Numbered from the whole stretch's first letter, positions 35,503-47,382 are shown. The stretch is DNA of 63,803 nucleotides, filler included, from Chrysochromulina tobinii (GCA_001275005.1; 5 parts of 5 records of this genome joined end to end with filler, not necessarily neighbours in it); one strand, 5' to 3'. The notes: generated by a model not told the origin, from the sequence alone. Numbers and translations: made by a program.

Positions 35503-37059
35503 TCACAAGACATCTACGTCCGTCATTGAGGACTCCGCCATCGAGGAGTGCTGCCTGAGCATGAGGGCCACGTGCCCTTTGGTCGCCGGCAGGGCCATGC
35601 ATGCACGCCCGTCTAATCCCCACACCTGTGGGGAGGGGGGGGGGGCGCCGTGGTGAGCACATGCATGCAGCGCTCTCCGCTCGTCCAATCCCCACACCTC
35701 GACAACGGCCACGTCAAACTCGATTGGGGCGCCGTGGTGAGCACACGCATGCAGTGCGGACTCGACAACGGCCACGTCAAACTCGATGGAGCCTTCGGGC
35801 ACGCCCTCGCTCGCCAAAGGCGCCGCCCCGGGCACGCCCTCGCTCGCCACAGGCGCCGCGCCCGCAGCTGCTGCATCTCGATCTCGATCTCGATCTCGAT
35901 CCACCGACGCCGGGATCGACGAAGCTGACGAAGCTGACGAAGCCGACGGTGCCGGCGTGTGCAACGGCGCGCCTGGCGAGCAGCGCCGCGCAGTCCCGGG
36001 CCTCGGCGGCGGCGCTGCCGCTGGGGTGGTCACGGAGCTCACCACGGCGCTCGCGCGCTCGCCACGGCGCTCGGATAGCCGGTACGCCGCCGCCGATGCC
36101 GGACCGATGCTGGCGGAGCTCGCCGCGGCGCTCATCGCGCCACTCGCCGCCGCGTTGGGCGCCGTGGTGAGCGCCGGTCGTACGCTGGCCATGGGCGCCG
36201 TGGTGAGCGTCGTGGTGGGCGCCGTGGTGAGCGCCGTGGTGGTGGTGGGCGCCGTGGTGAGCGCAGGTCGGACGCTGGCCACAGCGGGCAGCGGCGGGTT
36301 GCCAAAGGTCGCCGTATGCCCCGACGCGCCGCGGCACAGATCCGAGTCCAGCAGCAGCCCGACGCCGCCCGTGCCACCCGCGCCGATGACCAGCGCGGAG
36401 GCGTCCACGCGCAAGAACTGCGAGTTGCTGCCGCGCTGCCATCGGAAGGGTAGCAGGGCGGTGCGCGTGACGGCGCGTCTCGACGGCGAGGGCGTCGACA
36501 GCTGCCTCTCGGGCAGCGGCGGCAGCGGAACCTCGGCGAGCGCAAACAGGAAGCATTCGCCGGTACCGTGCCACTCGTCGTTCTTCGTCGTCGCCTCGAG
36601 CAACTCATTGATGTAGGCGCCGAAGACGCGGCCGTCGACGCTGCGCACGATGACCAGCATGGCGGCGTCGCTCGCGCACTGGTGGAGCAGGTGCGCGAGC
36701 GAGGTGCCGTCGTAGTCGGTCGTGAAGAGCAGATGCCAGTGGGCGCCGACCTCGCCATTGTACCGGCGAGGCACCGACGCGTTCACCGAGTCGAGGATGG
36801 CGGGGTGGCGGAGCACCGAGTTGGTGGCAGCCTCGCGATGCCCAAAGAGCTGTGGGAGGATGGTCGGGCGCAGAGGCGTCGCGGGCGAGCGCACGGCGGA
36901 CGAGCGGGTGGCGGCCGACGTCGCAGCTGTGTCCCTTGGAGCGCCCGGCTCCGTGCCGTAAAGCCACCGGACAGTGTCGCGCGCAGTGGCGCGCACCGCA
37001 GGAAGCCGGCTGGCCACGATGCCAAGCGCAGCCGTCTCAAGGCCTAAAAGGACCACCAT
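35503..37059 (-). CDS. TLDc-domain (OXR1-like) protein
   Basis: WHLLFTTDYDGTSL, VFGAYI, WHGTGECFLF, GLLLDSDLCRGAS..TFGNPPL and FDVAVVEVWG. Confidence 0.9.
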   Translation of the reverse strand: MVVLLGLETAALGIVASRLPAVRATARDTVRWLYGTEPGAPRDTAATSAATRSSAVRSPATPLRPTILPQLFGHREAATNSVLRHPAILDSVNASVPRRYNGEVGAHWHLLFTTDYDGTSLAHLLHQCASDAAMLVIVRSVDGRVFGAYINELLEATTKNDEWHGTGECFLFALAEVPLPPLPERQLSTPSPSRRAVTRTALLPFRWQRGSNSQFLRVDASALVIGAGGTGGVGLLLDSDLCRGASGHTATFGNPPLPAVASVRPALTTAPTTTTALTTAPTTTLTTAPMASVRPALTTAPNAAASGAMSAAASSASIGPASAAAYRLSERRGERASAVVSSVTTPAAAPPPRPGTARRCSPGAPLHTPAPSASSASSASSIPASVDRDRDRDRDAAAAGAAPVASEGVPGAAPLASEGVPEGSIEFDVAVVESALHACAHHGAPIEFDVAVVEVWGLDERRALHACAHHGAPPPSPQVWGLDGRACMALPATKGHVALMLRQHSSMAESSMTDVDVL

Positions 37060-37256
37060 CTTGTACAAGAGGGCGGCAAAGCGAAAGAAGAGCGCCGCCG
37101 GACGGGAGTTCGCGCTGGGCGTGAATGACGAACCCAATCTTTTCACACTCAGCTGGACGCGTTGTGCTAACTCTGCGCGTCGCCTCGACTCGCTGTGAGA
37201 GTGTCATCATTGCGGCCCGTCCACGTGTCCGCGTCCGTCGCCCTCCGCAAAACAAA

Positions 37257-38294
37257 ATGGAGTCTGACAACACTGCTGGCGAACAGGCTACGAAGGCGAC
37301 GCGTGCACAGCGCCGGCTTCGTCAGAAGCGCAAGCGTGACGACGCGCCGGCGCCCGCGGTTGAAAAGATTGAGCCTTCCGAGCCGGCCAAGAAGAAGAGC
37401 AAGAAGGAAAAACGGCGCGAGCAGAAGGCGCTGCTGGCTGCTCAGGAAGAGGAGCGCGCGCGCCGCATGCAAGGCGCGGCTACGGACGCGGCGGCTACCG
37501 ACGCGATCGACCCGGTCGCCAAAGGTCTCCGTGTGTTCGTTGGCCACCTGCCACAGAGTACCACCGAAGCGCAGCTGCGGGCGCACTTTGAGCCGGCCGG
37601 CGAGATCACTGAGATTGCGATGGTTCGACGTCACGAGCCGCCGCACCGCTTCAAGGGGATGGCCTTCCTGACCTTTGTGCGCAAGGCCCAAGCAACGCGG
37701 GCACTGGCGCTCGATGGGTCCTTGTGGTTGATGCCCGAGGCAGCCGCCGCCGCTGCCGAATCGGTCAGGAAGATTGTCGTGTCGATCGCACAACCACCGG
37801 CCCAGGGCGGCGCTCGCGAGAGCGCTGAATGCGATGGCGGCAGCGACGCGCGGCAAGGCCCTGCCGCGGCGATGGGCGGCGGCAGCGCCTCCGCCGCGGC
37901 CTCATCCTCCTGCTTCGTCGGAAACCTTCCCACAGGGGCGACGGCCAAGCAGGTGCGTGCGGTCTTCCGCGACGTGTGCGGCCCAGCGACGATCCGAAAG
38001 GTGCGCATGCTGCCGAGCGTGGGCGAGACGCGCCGCGCGTTCATCGACTTTGTCCACGCCGCCGCCGCCACCGCCGCTGTGGGGAAATCAGGACTCGCCG
38101 CGCTTGGACGCGTCCTCATCGTCAGTTACTCTCGCCGCTCTGAAGCGCCCTCGGGTGACGGTCGACGCAGCCGCGAAGCTCGAGTACGCCGTCGGCTCAA
38201 GCGCGAAGAGCAGCGCGAGCAGGCTGGCAGTGCCTCGGCATCGAAGCCCGTGCTGGCCATCAAGAGTCCCCTGCTGCACACAGCTGCCGCATGA
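37257..38294 (+). CDS. Two-RRM RNA-binding protein with Lys/Arg-rich N-terminus
   Basis: RVFVGHLP..FKGMAFLTF and CFVGNLP..AFIDF RNP motifs. Confidence 0.88.
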   Translation: MESDNTAGEQATKATRAQRRLRQKRKRDDAPAPAVEKIEPSEPAKKKSKKEKRREQKALLAAQEEERARRMQGAATDAAATDAIDPVAKGLRVFVGHLPQSTTEAQLRAHFEPAGEITEIAMVRRHEPPHRFKGMAFLTFVRKAQATRALALDGSLWLMPEAAAAAAESVRKIVVSIAQPPAQGGARESAECDGGSDARQGPAAAMGGGSASAAASSSCFVGNLPTGATAKQVRAVFRDVCGPATIRKVRMLPSVGETRRAFIDFVHAAAATAAVGKSGLAALGRVLIVSYSRRSEAPSGDGRRSREARVRRRLKREEQREQAGSASASKPVLAIKSPLLHTAAA

Positions 38295-38629
38295 GTCGCA
38301 CACGAGCCGCCTCGCTCACGTGGCGGTTCGTGCCGCAGCGCTCGTGCATCCCGATGCTCTCGCCCACGGAGGACGCGAAGCGCTTCTTCCCGCCGCGGCT
38401 GCCCCTCCAGGAGGCCACGCTCACCGGCGACGACGACGTGCTCCTGCCATCGCCGACGGCCTGCGCTGACGACGTCGCCTCGCCTGCCCCACCGAGCAAG
38501 AGGCTCAAATGGTCTTCCGTCGTTCTACGGATGAGCTCGCTGCCCGAGCTGCGCCGCGCGTCGCCGTCGCCTCCGCAGCTGACGCCGATGCCGCTGCCCT
38601 TCGACGCGGAGGATTTCACGTGGTCCTAG
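38291..38629 (+). CDS. Small hypothetical ORF overlapping the RRM stop (ATGA)
   Basis: 112-aa ORF with coding-like GC-ending codons and a PPSKRLKW motif; no recognisable domain. Confidence 0.35.
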   Translation: MSRTRAASLTWRFVPQRSCIPMLSPTEDAKRFFPPRLPLQEATLTGDDDVLLPSPTACADDVASPAPPSKRLKWSSVVLRMSSLPELRRASPSPPQLTPMPLPFDAEDFTWS

Positions 38630-39384
38630 CTGGGCGATGTGCCGCCGAGGCTCAGGGTTTGGAACCCGAGCCGCCTACGAGCCGCCGCCGACACGCGACG
38701 GACCTTGCAAGTGTGAGCTAGCTCGGCTTGCGTCGGTTCGTTGATCGTTGTCGCATACGACGCGGGAATCCTGTTGCGTCGCGTCGCGTGGGGACACCTG
38801 GTTCGTGCATGGGTTCGGCGCCCGTTGTGTTACCGATGTAGACCGATGTTTGAGGCCGTGCGCATATGCCGTGTGCATCACTCTAACGACGCGATGATAG
38901 AGCATCGTGCGATTTAGCGATCGGCGCGGGTAGCCTCGAGACGCATGACGGCGAGTAGACCGGCGAGAGGGGCGAAGCCATGGGCCCAGTGTGTCCACCC
39001 ACCATGCTGGCGCGAAAGCGAAACGCCCGCGCGTGGCCGCGATCACACGACAATCAAACATCTAACGCATGGCGGATCCTCCGTCACCGAAACACTCATA
39101 AAGACTCAAGGTCGACGGTCAAGCCCGGCGCGGTCGTGTAGCTTGTACGTCGCTTAGTACGGAGCAACTTGCGACACAAGCAGCGCATATCCGAGAGCGA
39201 GTCCCGAGGAGCGGGCGTCCCCCGCCGTCTAACCCCGCCGGTCGCGTCCGGAGGTGCGTCGGTGCGAGGTTGAAACTTTTTCCGCGAGGTATGGTTTCTT
39301 CCCCGCTGCCGCCGGTCGGTGGCACCCCTGTATTATAACGTACAATCGAGGGGCCGCGGAGTCGCTTCGGATAGCGGATTGGAC

Positions 39385-39592
39385 GCTCTGTGATCGCGCA
39401 CCTTGACGTGGGCAGTCAGAGAGGCAATCAGACAGAGGCACGAGCCGAAGGCATGCCCAAGGCCGAATTGAGGTGCTCATCACAGAACTGGAAGAGGGGC
39501 TGGACTTGTGCAGTCCATTGCTGTGGGCGCGCGCCGGGTCGAGAGGTACGTGACTGTGACGCCATGGCGTGCTCGTGTTAGCGCTGGCCCTC
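39385..39592 (-). repeat. Interspersed repeat family B, copy 2, truncated by contig end
   Basis: Reverse complement of 25332-25553 with a divergent middle. Confidence 0.9.
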
Positions 39593-39692
39593 NNNNNNNN
39601 NNNNNNNNNNNNNNNNNNNNNNNNNNNNNNNNNNNNTTAATTAATTAANNNNNNNNNNNNNNNNNNNNNNNNNNNNNNNNNNNNNNNNNNNN
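39593..39692. other. Artificial contig linker
   Basis: N-TTAATTAATTAA-N. Confidence 0.98.
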
Positions 39693-41781
39693 CCTCGGGC
39701 CGCAGCGACGACAGCGCATCCGCGGTGAAGACGTTGCCGTAGCCGCCGCTGCCGATGAGCCTCTGCTCTCCAAAGCCGTCCGTCGCCGCTGCAAGCTCGG
39801 CGAGTGTGAGGGCGACGGCCGCAGGCGGCGCCGAGGGTGCCTCCGGGGCCTCCGATGCTGGCGCCGCTTCTGCGGATGCTGAGCCTGCGGCAGGCGGCGA
39901 CTGTGTGACCTCGAGCAGTGACAGCTTCGACAGGCTGACTTGCATCTCCATCTCCGCCGCGTGCTTGCGACGCAGCTTCTGACTCCCCTGCTTGCGCTTC
40001 TTGTGCAAGCGCTCGCGCATCGCCCTCGCCTCCGCCAACACACCCTCGCTCGCGAGTGCGTGGTGCTCCTCGATCGCACCGACCAGGCCCTCGTACTGCG
40101 CGGCTGCCATGGCCACACGCAGCGCCTCGTCGGCGGCGGCAGAAGGAGCAGGACACATGAAGTCCTCGTCGCCAGCCGCCGCCGACACCTCGCTGTCCGG
40201 CTCGGCGCTGCCACTCGCGGCCGCTGACGCACTCGCTACCGACGCTCTCACCTCGCTCGCCCCTGCCTGCTTGGCTTTGGCTTTCTTGCTCGCTTTCTTC
40301 GTGTGCGCATCCTGCTTGTGCGCAGCCTCCGCCTCCTCCTCAGCCAGCAGAGCCGCAGCGGCAAGCTCGGCCGCCCGCTCGGCTGCCGCACGCTCCACAA
40401 TCGACACCGGAGCGACCGCAGCGATCGTCGCAGGTGCGCTGCGCCGGCTGCGCAGGAATGTTGCAATGATGGTGTGGCCACGGGCCTCTGCGAGATCGAG
40501 GGCTGTGCCCGCACCGCATCGCAAGTCGGTGCGTGCGCCTGCATGCACGAGCAGCTTGACTATGTCGCCGTGGCCTTTGTCGCAGGCGGCCATCAGAGGC
40601 GTGGCGCCGTTGCTGGCTGCCTGGTCGACGGCGGCGTGGGCGGCGAGCAGCAGCCGCACGCAGTCGCCGTCGCCTTTGTTGCAGGCGGCCATCAGAGGCG
40701 TGGCGCCGTTGCTGTCTGCCTGGTCGACGGCGGCGTGGGCGGCGAGCAGCAGCCGCACGCAGCCGCCGTCGCCTTTGTCGCAGGCGACCATCAGAGACGT
40801 GGCGCCGTTGCTGGCTGCCAGGTCGACGGCGGCGTGGGCGGCGAGCAGCAGCTGCACGCAGTCGCCGTTGCCTTTGTTGCAAGCGGCATACAGAGGCGTG
40901 GTGCCGTTGCTGGCTGCCAGGTCGACGGCGGCGTGGGCGGCGAGCAGCAGCTGCACGCAGTCGCCGTTGCCTTTGTTGCAGGCGGTCATCAGAGGCGTGG
41001 CGCCGTTGCTGGCTGCCTGGTCGACGGCGGCGTGGGCGGCGAGCAGCAGCTGCACGCAGTCGCCGTCGCCTTTGATGCAGGCGGCGATCAAAGGCGTGGC
41101 GCCGTTGCTGTCTGCCTTGTCGACGGCGGCGTGGGCGGCGAGCAGCAGCCGCACGCAGTCGCCGTCGCCTTTGTCGCAGGCGGCGATCAAAGGCGTGATG
41201 CTGTTGCTGTCTGCCTTATCGACGGCGGCGTGGGCGGCGAGCAGCAGCTGCACGCCGTCGCCGTCGCCTTTGTTGCAGGCGGCGATCAGTGGCGTGATGC
41301 CGTTGCCGGTAGCCTGGTCGACGGCGGCGTGGGCAGCGAGCAGCAGCTGCACGCTGTCGCCGTGGCCTCTGTCGCAGGCGTAGAGCAGAGGCGTGACGCC
41401 GTTGCTGGCTGCCTGGTCGACGCTGGCGTGGGCGGCGAGCAGGAGCTGTACACAGCCGCCGTTGCCTTTGTCGCAGGCGGCGATCAGAGGCGTGGCGCCG
41501 TTGCTGTCTGCCTTGTCGACGGTGGCGTGGGCAGCGAGCAGCAGCTGCACGCAGCCGCCGTTGCCTTTGTCGCAGGCGGCGTACAGAGGCGTGACGCCGT
41601 TGCCGGTAGCCTGGTCGACGGCGGCCTGGGCGGCCAGCAGCAGCTTCGTGCACTCCATGAATCCGAAGGCACAGGCACGCGCCAAGCAGATGCCAAGGCC
41701 GGCCGCGTCCTTCACGCTGTCGATGAGGCCCACGGCCTTGGCCTCGTCGCCGCGCTGGATCGCGTCGCAAATCGCGTTCAT
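39693..41781 (-). CDS. Ankyrin-array protein with start of a Pelle/IRAK/RLK-like kinase domain, 3' truncated
   Basis: 11 near-identical 33-aa (99-nt) ankyrin repeats plus caps; then LTLAELAAATDGFGEQRLIGSGGYGNVF, typical of the RLK/Pelle juxta-kinase segment and Gly-loop. Confidence 0.88.
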
Positions 41782-42204
41782 GGTCCGCTGTGTGGCTGTG
41801 CGTCTCCTCTGCGCGCGCACACACTCGCGAAACATAAGTGGTCAACCGAATGCATGCATTCCGTATCTTCTGTGGATCGTTCCTTTCAGATCGGGGCATA
41901 TGAACGTCCTGTGCACTCTCCAGGTAGCCCACTCCCCAAACCGAAAACTTGATCGCGCCCCGGGTAACGCCCCGGGGCTCACTCAATCTGGACGCGCGCG
42001 TGCACGATGGGATGGTTGCCGCGGACGCACGCGCGGGACGGGCGGGGCGGTGTCATCTATAGTCTCAAGCTCTCGTCGAGACTCGAGACCGTCGAGACTC
42101 GAGACCGGACGTCTCGGGACTGAGTGACCGGTCGTGCGCGTGATGTCGCATAGATAGACACGAAATTTGACCGGCGGGGCGAGACGTTACTGGACACGAG
42201 CTGT

Positions 42205-43325
42205 TCACACGAACGAGAAGCGGAACTCCGCAGGCGCAGCAGGCGGCACCGGCGCGGCTGCGCGTCGCGTGCAAGCGCCCGACGAGTTGCGTCTCTCGAG
42301 GGCTGCACCGTCCTCGCCGCCACCGCCAGCGCCGTCATGGGCACGACTTCCACTGCCGGCGCTCCTCCCGCCAGCGCCCCGTGCACCGAGCTGGTCTGCC
42401 TCTCGCAAAGCCTCAGGGTGTCGCGCAGCGAGCACCTCGGCAAAGCGCTCGTGAAGGTGCGGACGGAGAAGCGCGGGCACGCCCGAGATCAAATCTCCAC
42501 ACGTGGCGCCGCGACGCAGGTAGGCAAGGATGGCGGCAGCGGCACACGCGGGGGCATAGTTTTGCGTCACAGCAATGCTCGGCTCGAGGTTCAAACAGCA
42601 GTGCCACCTGATGAGGGAGGCCATCAAGTGTCATCAGTGTCATCAGTGGCAATAAGTGTCACTCAGTTGAGCGGCTCGAGGTTCAAGCAGCAGTGTCACC
42701 AGCCCGCTGGTACGAAGAGCAATCAGTGGCAATCAGTGGCAATCAGTGGCAAGCAGTGCCACCAGCCCGCTGGTACGAAGAGCAATCAGTGACAATCAAT
42801 GGCAATCGGTGGCAATCAGTGGCAATCAGTGGCAATCAGTGTCACCAGCCCGCTGGTACGAAGAGCAATCAGTGGCAATCAGTGGCAATCAGTGGCAAGC
42901 AGTGCCACCAGCCCGCTGGTACGAAGAGCAATTCGCCCGGTCCGAGGGTCGCCTCACGAGGCCTGCGCGACGGCGGCGCATCCAACCTCTCCCTAGACAG
43001 CAACGAGTAGAAGACGCGAAACCACTCGTAGAGCGACTCGGGGCTGGTGACGCTTGTGCCGTCGGGGCTCGCGCTCACGCCTGGTGGCGGATGGCCTGGG
43101 GGCGTGAGGATCCACTTCTTGCGGCCGGCGAGGCACGCGTTCCACGCCGACGTGCCGTTTGGATCCACGTGCCACTTGGAGCCGCTGCGAGTGCCGCCAA
43201 TGATGAGCCATCGGTGATCGGGGCGCCACTCGGCCGGCAGCGATGAGAACAGGTCGCGCTCGGGCGCAAAGTAGGGCGGCACTTTATACTCGTCGGCAAG
43301 GGCCACCGCCGCGGCCGACTGCGAG

Positions 43326-43367
<42 letters not shown>

Positions 43368-44203
43368 TCCTCCGACGCCGTCGCCTCCTCCGACGCCGAC
43401 GCCCAAGACGACGCCAGCAAGGGTGATGCCGTCGACGGCACGGGCGCAGCGCGCTTCCCGCCAAACTCCCTGTCGAAGAGGTAGAGCGGTTGCTCATCCG
43501 TCGTGGTGGTGCAGTAGTCGAAGAAATTAGCAAGGCCCATAGCGTAACCGCTGACGTGGAACTCGACCGCATCGCCGAAGCGCTCGCGCAGCCGCTCAAA
43601 AGACCACTGTGAGGCCGCGGGCCACTGCTCGACCAGCCCGGTGATGATCACGGGCTGGTGCGGCGCTTCGAAGCGCTCGGCAAACTGGGCGACGCTCAGG
43701 CTTGCTGCGGCGACGCGTGGAATGTCCTGCACACGCGACCATGAGCGCGGGATGGCGGCGGTGCCACACTGCCACGGCGCGTAGAGCACGTCCGAGTAGT
43801 AGTAGCAAGCGACGGTGGAGTCAGCATCTGTCTCCAACACGGTGACGGCAGCGGCTGGAGCACGCAAGGCGCCGAGGCGCCATACAAGGTAGGAGTGACG
43901 CCAGCCACGGACGTCCCATCGGAGCCGCGTGCACGATGAGAGCTCCTCAAGCAAACAGGCCTTCCAAAGCTCTTCCGTGTACGCGAGCACGCGCATCGCC
44001 TTGGAGCAAGCGGCCAAGAGCGCCAGCGTGCCTGCAGCGGCGTCGCTGAAGATGCGCAGGAGCAGGTCATCCGGCAAGGCGCGAAGCGTTCCGAGGGAGA
44101 CGTCACGAAGGTTGTCGATCGCGCCGCATTCGGATCCTAGGGCGAGCAAGCTGCTGCCGAGCGGCCGCACGCGCAGAGGGTGTGGCTTCACGGCGAGCGC
44201 CAT
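42205..44203 (-). CDS. F-box + JmjC (JMJD6-like) protein; intron 42608-42908
   Basis: LGTLRALPDDLLLRIF (F-box); RWLIIGGTRSGSKWHVDPNGTSAWNA; GELLFVPAGW|WHCCLNLEPSIAVTQNY. Confidence 0.92.
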
Positions 44204-44526
44204 GTGTGTACCGGTACGTCGCCGTACCGTTCTAGATGCTCGTCACGGCGCGCCCGCTTCAACTTCGGACATCGCCTCACTGTCAGGAGTAGTGGAGATG
44301 GGAGACGCGGTGGCACGGAGTGTGGTCGGATGGGGGTGCATGAGTTTCGTATCTCGCCAGACCCCCCTGGGCGTCTCCAACGTCGCGGACCCGCATGGTC
44401 ACCACGATCCACGTGGTCAGACACAGACAGCCCAGTTGAGACAGCCTCGCGACCGGAGCGACTCTCATTCCCCCCTTCCTCACCCCTGCCCTCAATCCTT
44501 GCCCTCGACCCCCACGAGAGTTGCTC

Positions 44527-46616
44527 TTATCGGCCTCGCGCATCTGGAATGGTTGGCGCCGACTTATGGTCCATCTTCATGATGTTCAGTGAGAACTCAT
44601 TGTAGGCCATCGTGCCGTCATGGTTGTCGTCACGTGATCGCGCCACCAGCTCGTGGACCTGCTCAAGCGGGACGACCACGCCCCAACTTTGGACGGCTTG
44701 AAAGAGCTCAGCGGCGGTCACCTTATTAGGCTGCGCCTTCTTGATGCGCACGAAGGCAGCGGACGCGCTCGGGAAGCGTGTGTTCACAGCAAGCTCGATT
44801 TGAGATTGCAGATGGTCGAGCTGTGAAGACGTGGCGAACGCCTGTTCGGTGGTGGCGCCGTGATGCTGTGCTTGGTTGCTGCGCCTCCACTGCAGCTCCT
44901 GCTGCAGCTCCTGCGGCTGAGGGCCCCCCTTCAGGTATTCCCCCTTCAGGTACTCCCCCGTTAGGTCCCCCTCAAGGTCCCCATCCGTCTGCTCCCACGG
45001 CTGCCCCCAGGAGGGCGTGGGTCGCAGGCGAGGTGCAGCTGGATGAGGACCCTCCGAAAACGCGACGCCGGGGCCAAAGGTGCCGCGCAGGTGATGGCCA
45101 GGTGGCTTATCGCCGCTCGTGAGGCGCGAGGTGGGCGCGTCATCAGGCGACATCAGGTGCGGGGCGGCACGCGCGTGCGGCGGCGGCGCTCGACAGTGGG
45201 TCACCGGCCGATCGCCCAGTGGTGGCTGCAGTGCCAGTGGTGGCCGTGCCGCCGGCCGCTGAGGTCTGGCCGCTGGTCTGACGACGACCGGCGGCGGGGC
45301 GGGCGGTGCTCGAAGGCCCTTTCGGCGCAAGCCATCGCCGTCCGTGACGTCAGTCGTGTCGGAGGCGTGCCAGTTGGCAACAGGCCGATCACCAGTTGGG
45401 TGGTTATCAACGCCCATCGCCTCCGTGGATTGCATGCCGCGCTTGCCCATGGCAGCCGGCGCTACTGTCTCCCTGGCAAGTGCATCTACAAACTCCTCGT
45501 AGCTGATGCCGCCGTCTTTGTCCACGTCACAGTGCCTCATGAGGAGAGAGACCGTGCGCCTGTGCACATCGGTGGGGTATCCGGGTGGGGAGGCGCGAGG
45601 GGGGCATTCAAAAGGTGAGCACACATGTGTGGTGGGGGGGTCGAGAGAGGTCGAGTCGAGCTCGAGATTCTCTCGAGATTCTCTCGAGCGGAGGGCTCGA
45701 GGTGGAGATTGAGGTGGAGGCTGAGGCGAAGAGTCCAGAGCGCTCACTCGTCGATTGGGAGATTCCATAGCTCGAGGGCACGCCGAATCTCGACGGGCGA
45801 GAGGCGTCCGTTCCGGTCGAGGTCGATGGACTGGAAAGCCTTGAACATGTTTCCGGTAGCGAAGCGCGAGTTCAAGCTGTCCGTCGCCATTTGAATGATT
45901 TTCTCTCGCTCCCGCCGCTCCTCCTGCGACTCCTGCTGCTGCTGCTGCTTGTGGGTCGCCTCGGGGTGCTCCGCACGGTCGGCTGCCGCCGCCACCGCCG
46001 CCTCCCGCGCCTCCCAAGGCTTTGTTGCGGCGCGAGGCGCTGCACGGCGCACCGGGCTCTGCGGCCGACGGTGCGACGTGACTCGAGCATCCGGCGCCTC
46101 GTCGTTCCGGTAAGCCTTGAAGATGGACTCTGGACGCAGCCTGGACTCCTGCCGAAGTGCGTCGCGCGTATCGCGCTCTTTTTGCAGGCGGCTGAGGTAG
46201 TTGCCCGCATCCAGCTCGGTCGCCAACGCAAGGCGGCGCATCTGCGCCTTGCGCGAGGATGCCGAGTGACCCAGCGCGCCGTCTTTGGCCGAGCGCTGCA
46301 TGGGCGCGGCGCGGTACTGCATGCCGTACGAGCGCTGCCAGCCAAGCTGGTTGCTCGAGCTGGTTCGCCCGAAGTCCACGGACGATTTGAGCACCCTGTC
46401 GACTTGAGCCCACGGACGGAGTGACGCGGTTGAGCGCAGCACGTGAAGTTCATGCAACAGTGCCTGCGAGACGGCGTGCTGAGACCGCACGTGCGCCTCC
46501 CATGCGTTCCTTGAGCCGTCGCTCGGCGGGCGGCGCGCGAGCGATGTCGCGCTCGCGCTCTTCGACAACTGCGGTGCCGAGCGGTGATGGTGATTGTCCG
46601 GGTGGACCAGCGACAT
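44527..46616 (-). CDS. EF-hand calcium-binding protein with an intron at ~45559-45746
   Basis: DLDRNGRLSPVE, DVDKDGGISYEE and DDNHDGTMAYNE loops in two frames joined across a GT-AG intron. Confidence 0.8.
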
Positions 46617-47382
46617 CGACTCCCCTGTAGCACGACACGTTTTGAAACCGAACCTTTGCGGCGGCCCAGTCTCGTCTCGTTTCGTTGCATGCATTCGACA
46701 GGTTCAGGGGCCTCAGCAGCATTTCTGTGCGTCGCAGAGTGCCAGTGCAAGCGCGTGACGGCCTAATTTGACACGATACCTCTCGCTACTGTGGTACGCT
46801 CCGGTCCCATCCACACCGCAGGTCAAACAACAGGTCCGCTCGAGAGCCGTACGCCCCGAGCGTCATGCACGCCGTCTTCCTTCTCGCTGCGTGCTGGGTA
46901 CATGTACAGCTCTGGTACGGTACAGCTCACAGCGGTGTGTATACGACCCTCTAAACATTAGGTACTATTGTAGTACATGTCGTGTACATTTACGGGTTTG
47001 AACCCGGATTTGCATACAGTCCACAGTCGCACAGCCACAGGTCGTGGACCGGACAAACGACAATCGGGTCAGACTTGACAGTGAGACCGAAGATCGGATA
47101 GGTATTTGCACCCCTTTGTCGATTTGTTCCATCGTGACCTATTCGTGACCACAAGTTGGAAGTTGCGTAGACCAGTGAATACTTATACTAGTGGTGTCAT
47201 CATAGGCGGATAGGGGAAAAAGAGGACTGACTAGAGGTGTCTCTTATTGGATCCGATTTGTTCGCGTTCTTTTTACGCATACCGATCGCGCCTACATCAC
47301 AGAGTTCTCCCTTACACAGGCCCCAAGATCATGTCCAAGACTTGTACCATCTGCCGTGCACATGTGCTAACAGTCCGTGTTC

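Noticed and set aside
18764..41781. ART-lectin, ANK-TIR and ANK-kinase as one defence island
   Set aside because: They lie on three different contigs separated by artificial linkers, so adjacency is not evidence of linkage.
42690..42932. CRISPR-like repeat-spacer pattern
   Set aside because: The repeats are copies of the host exon end and the spacers are satellite.
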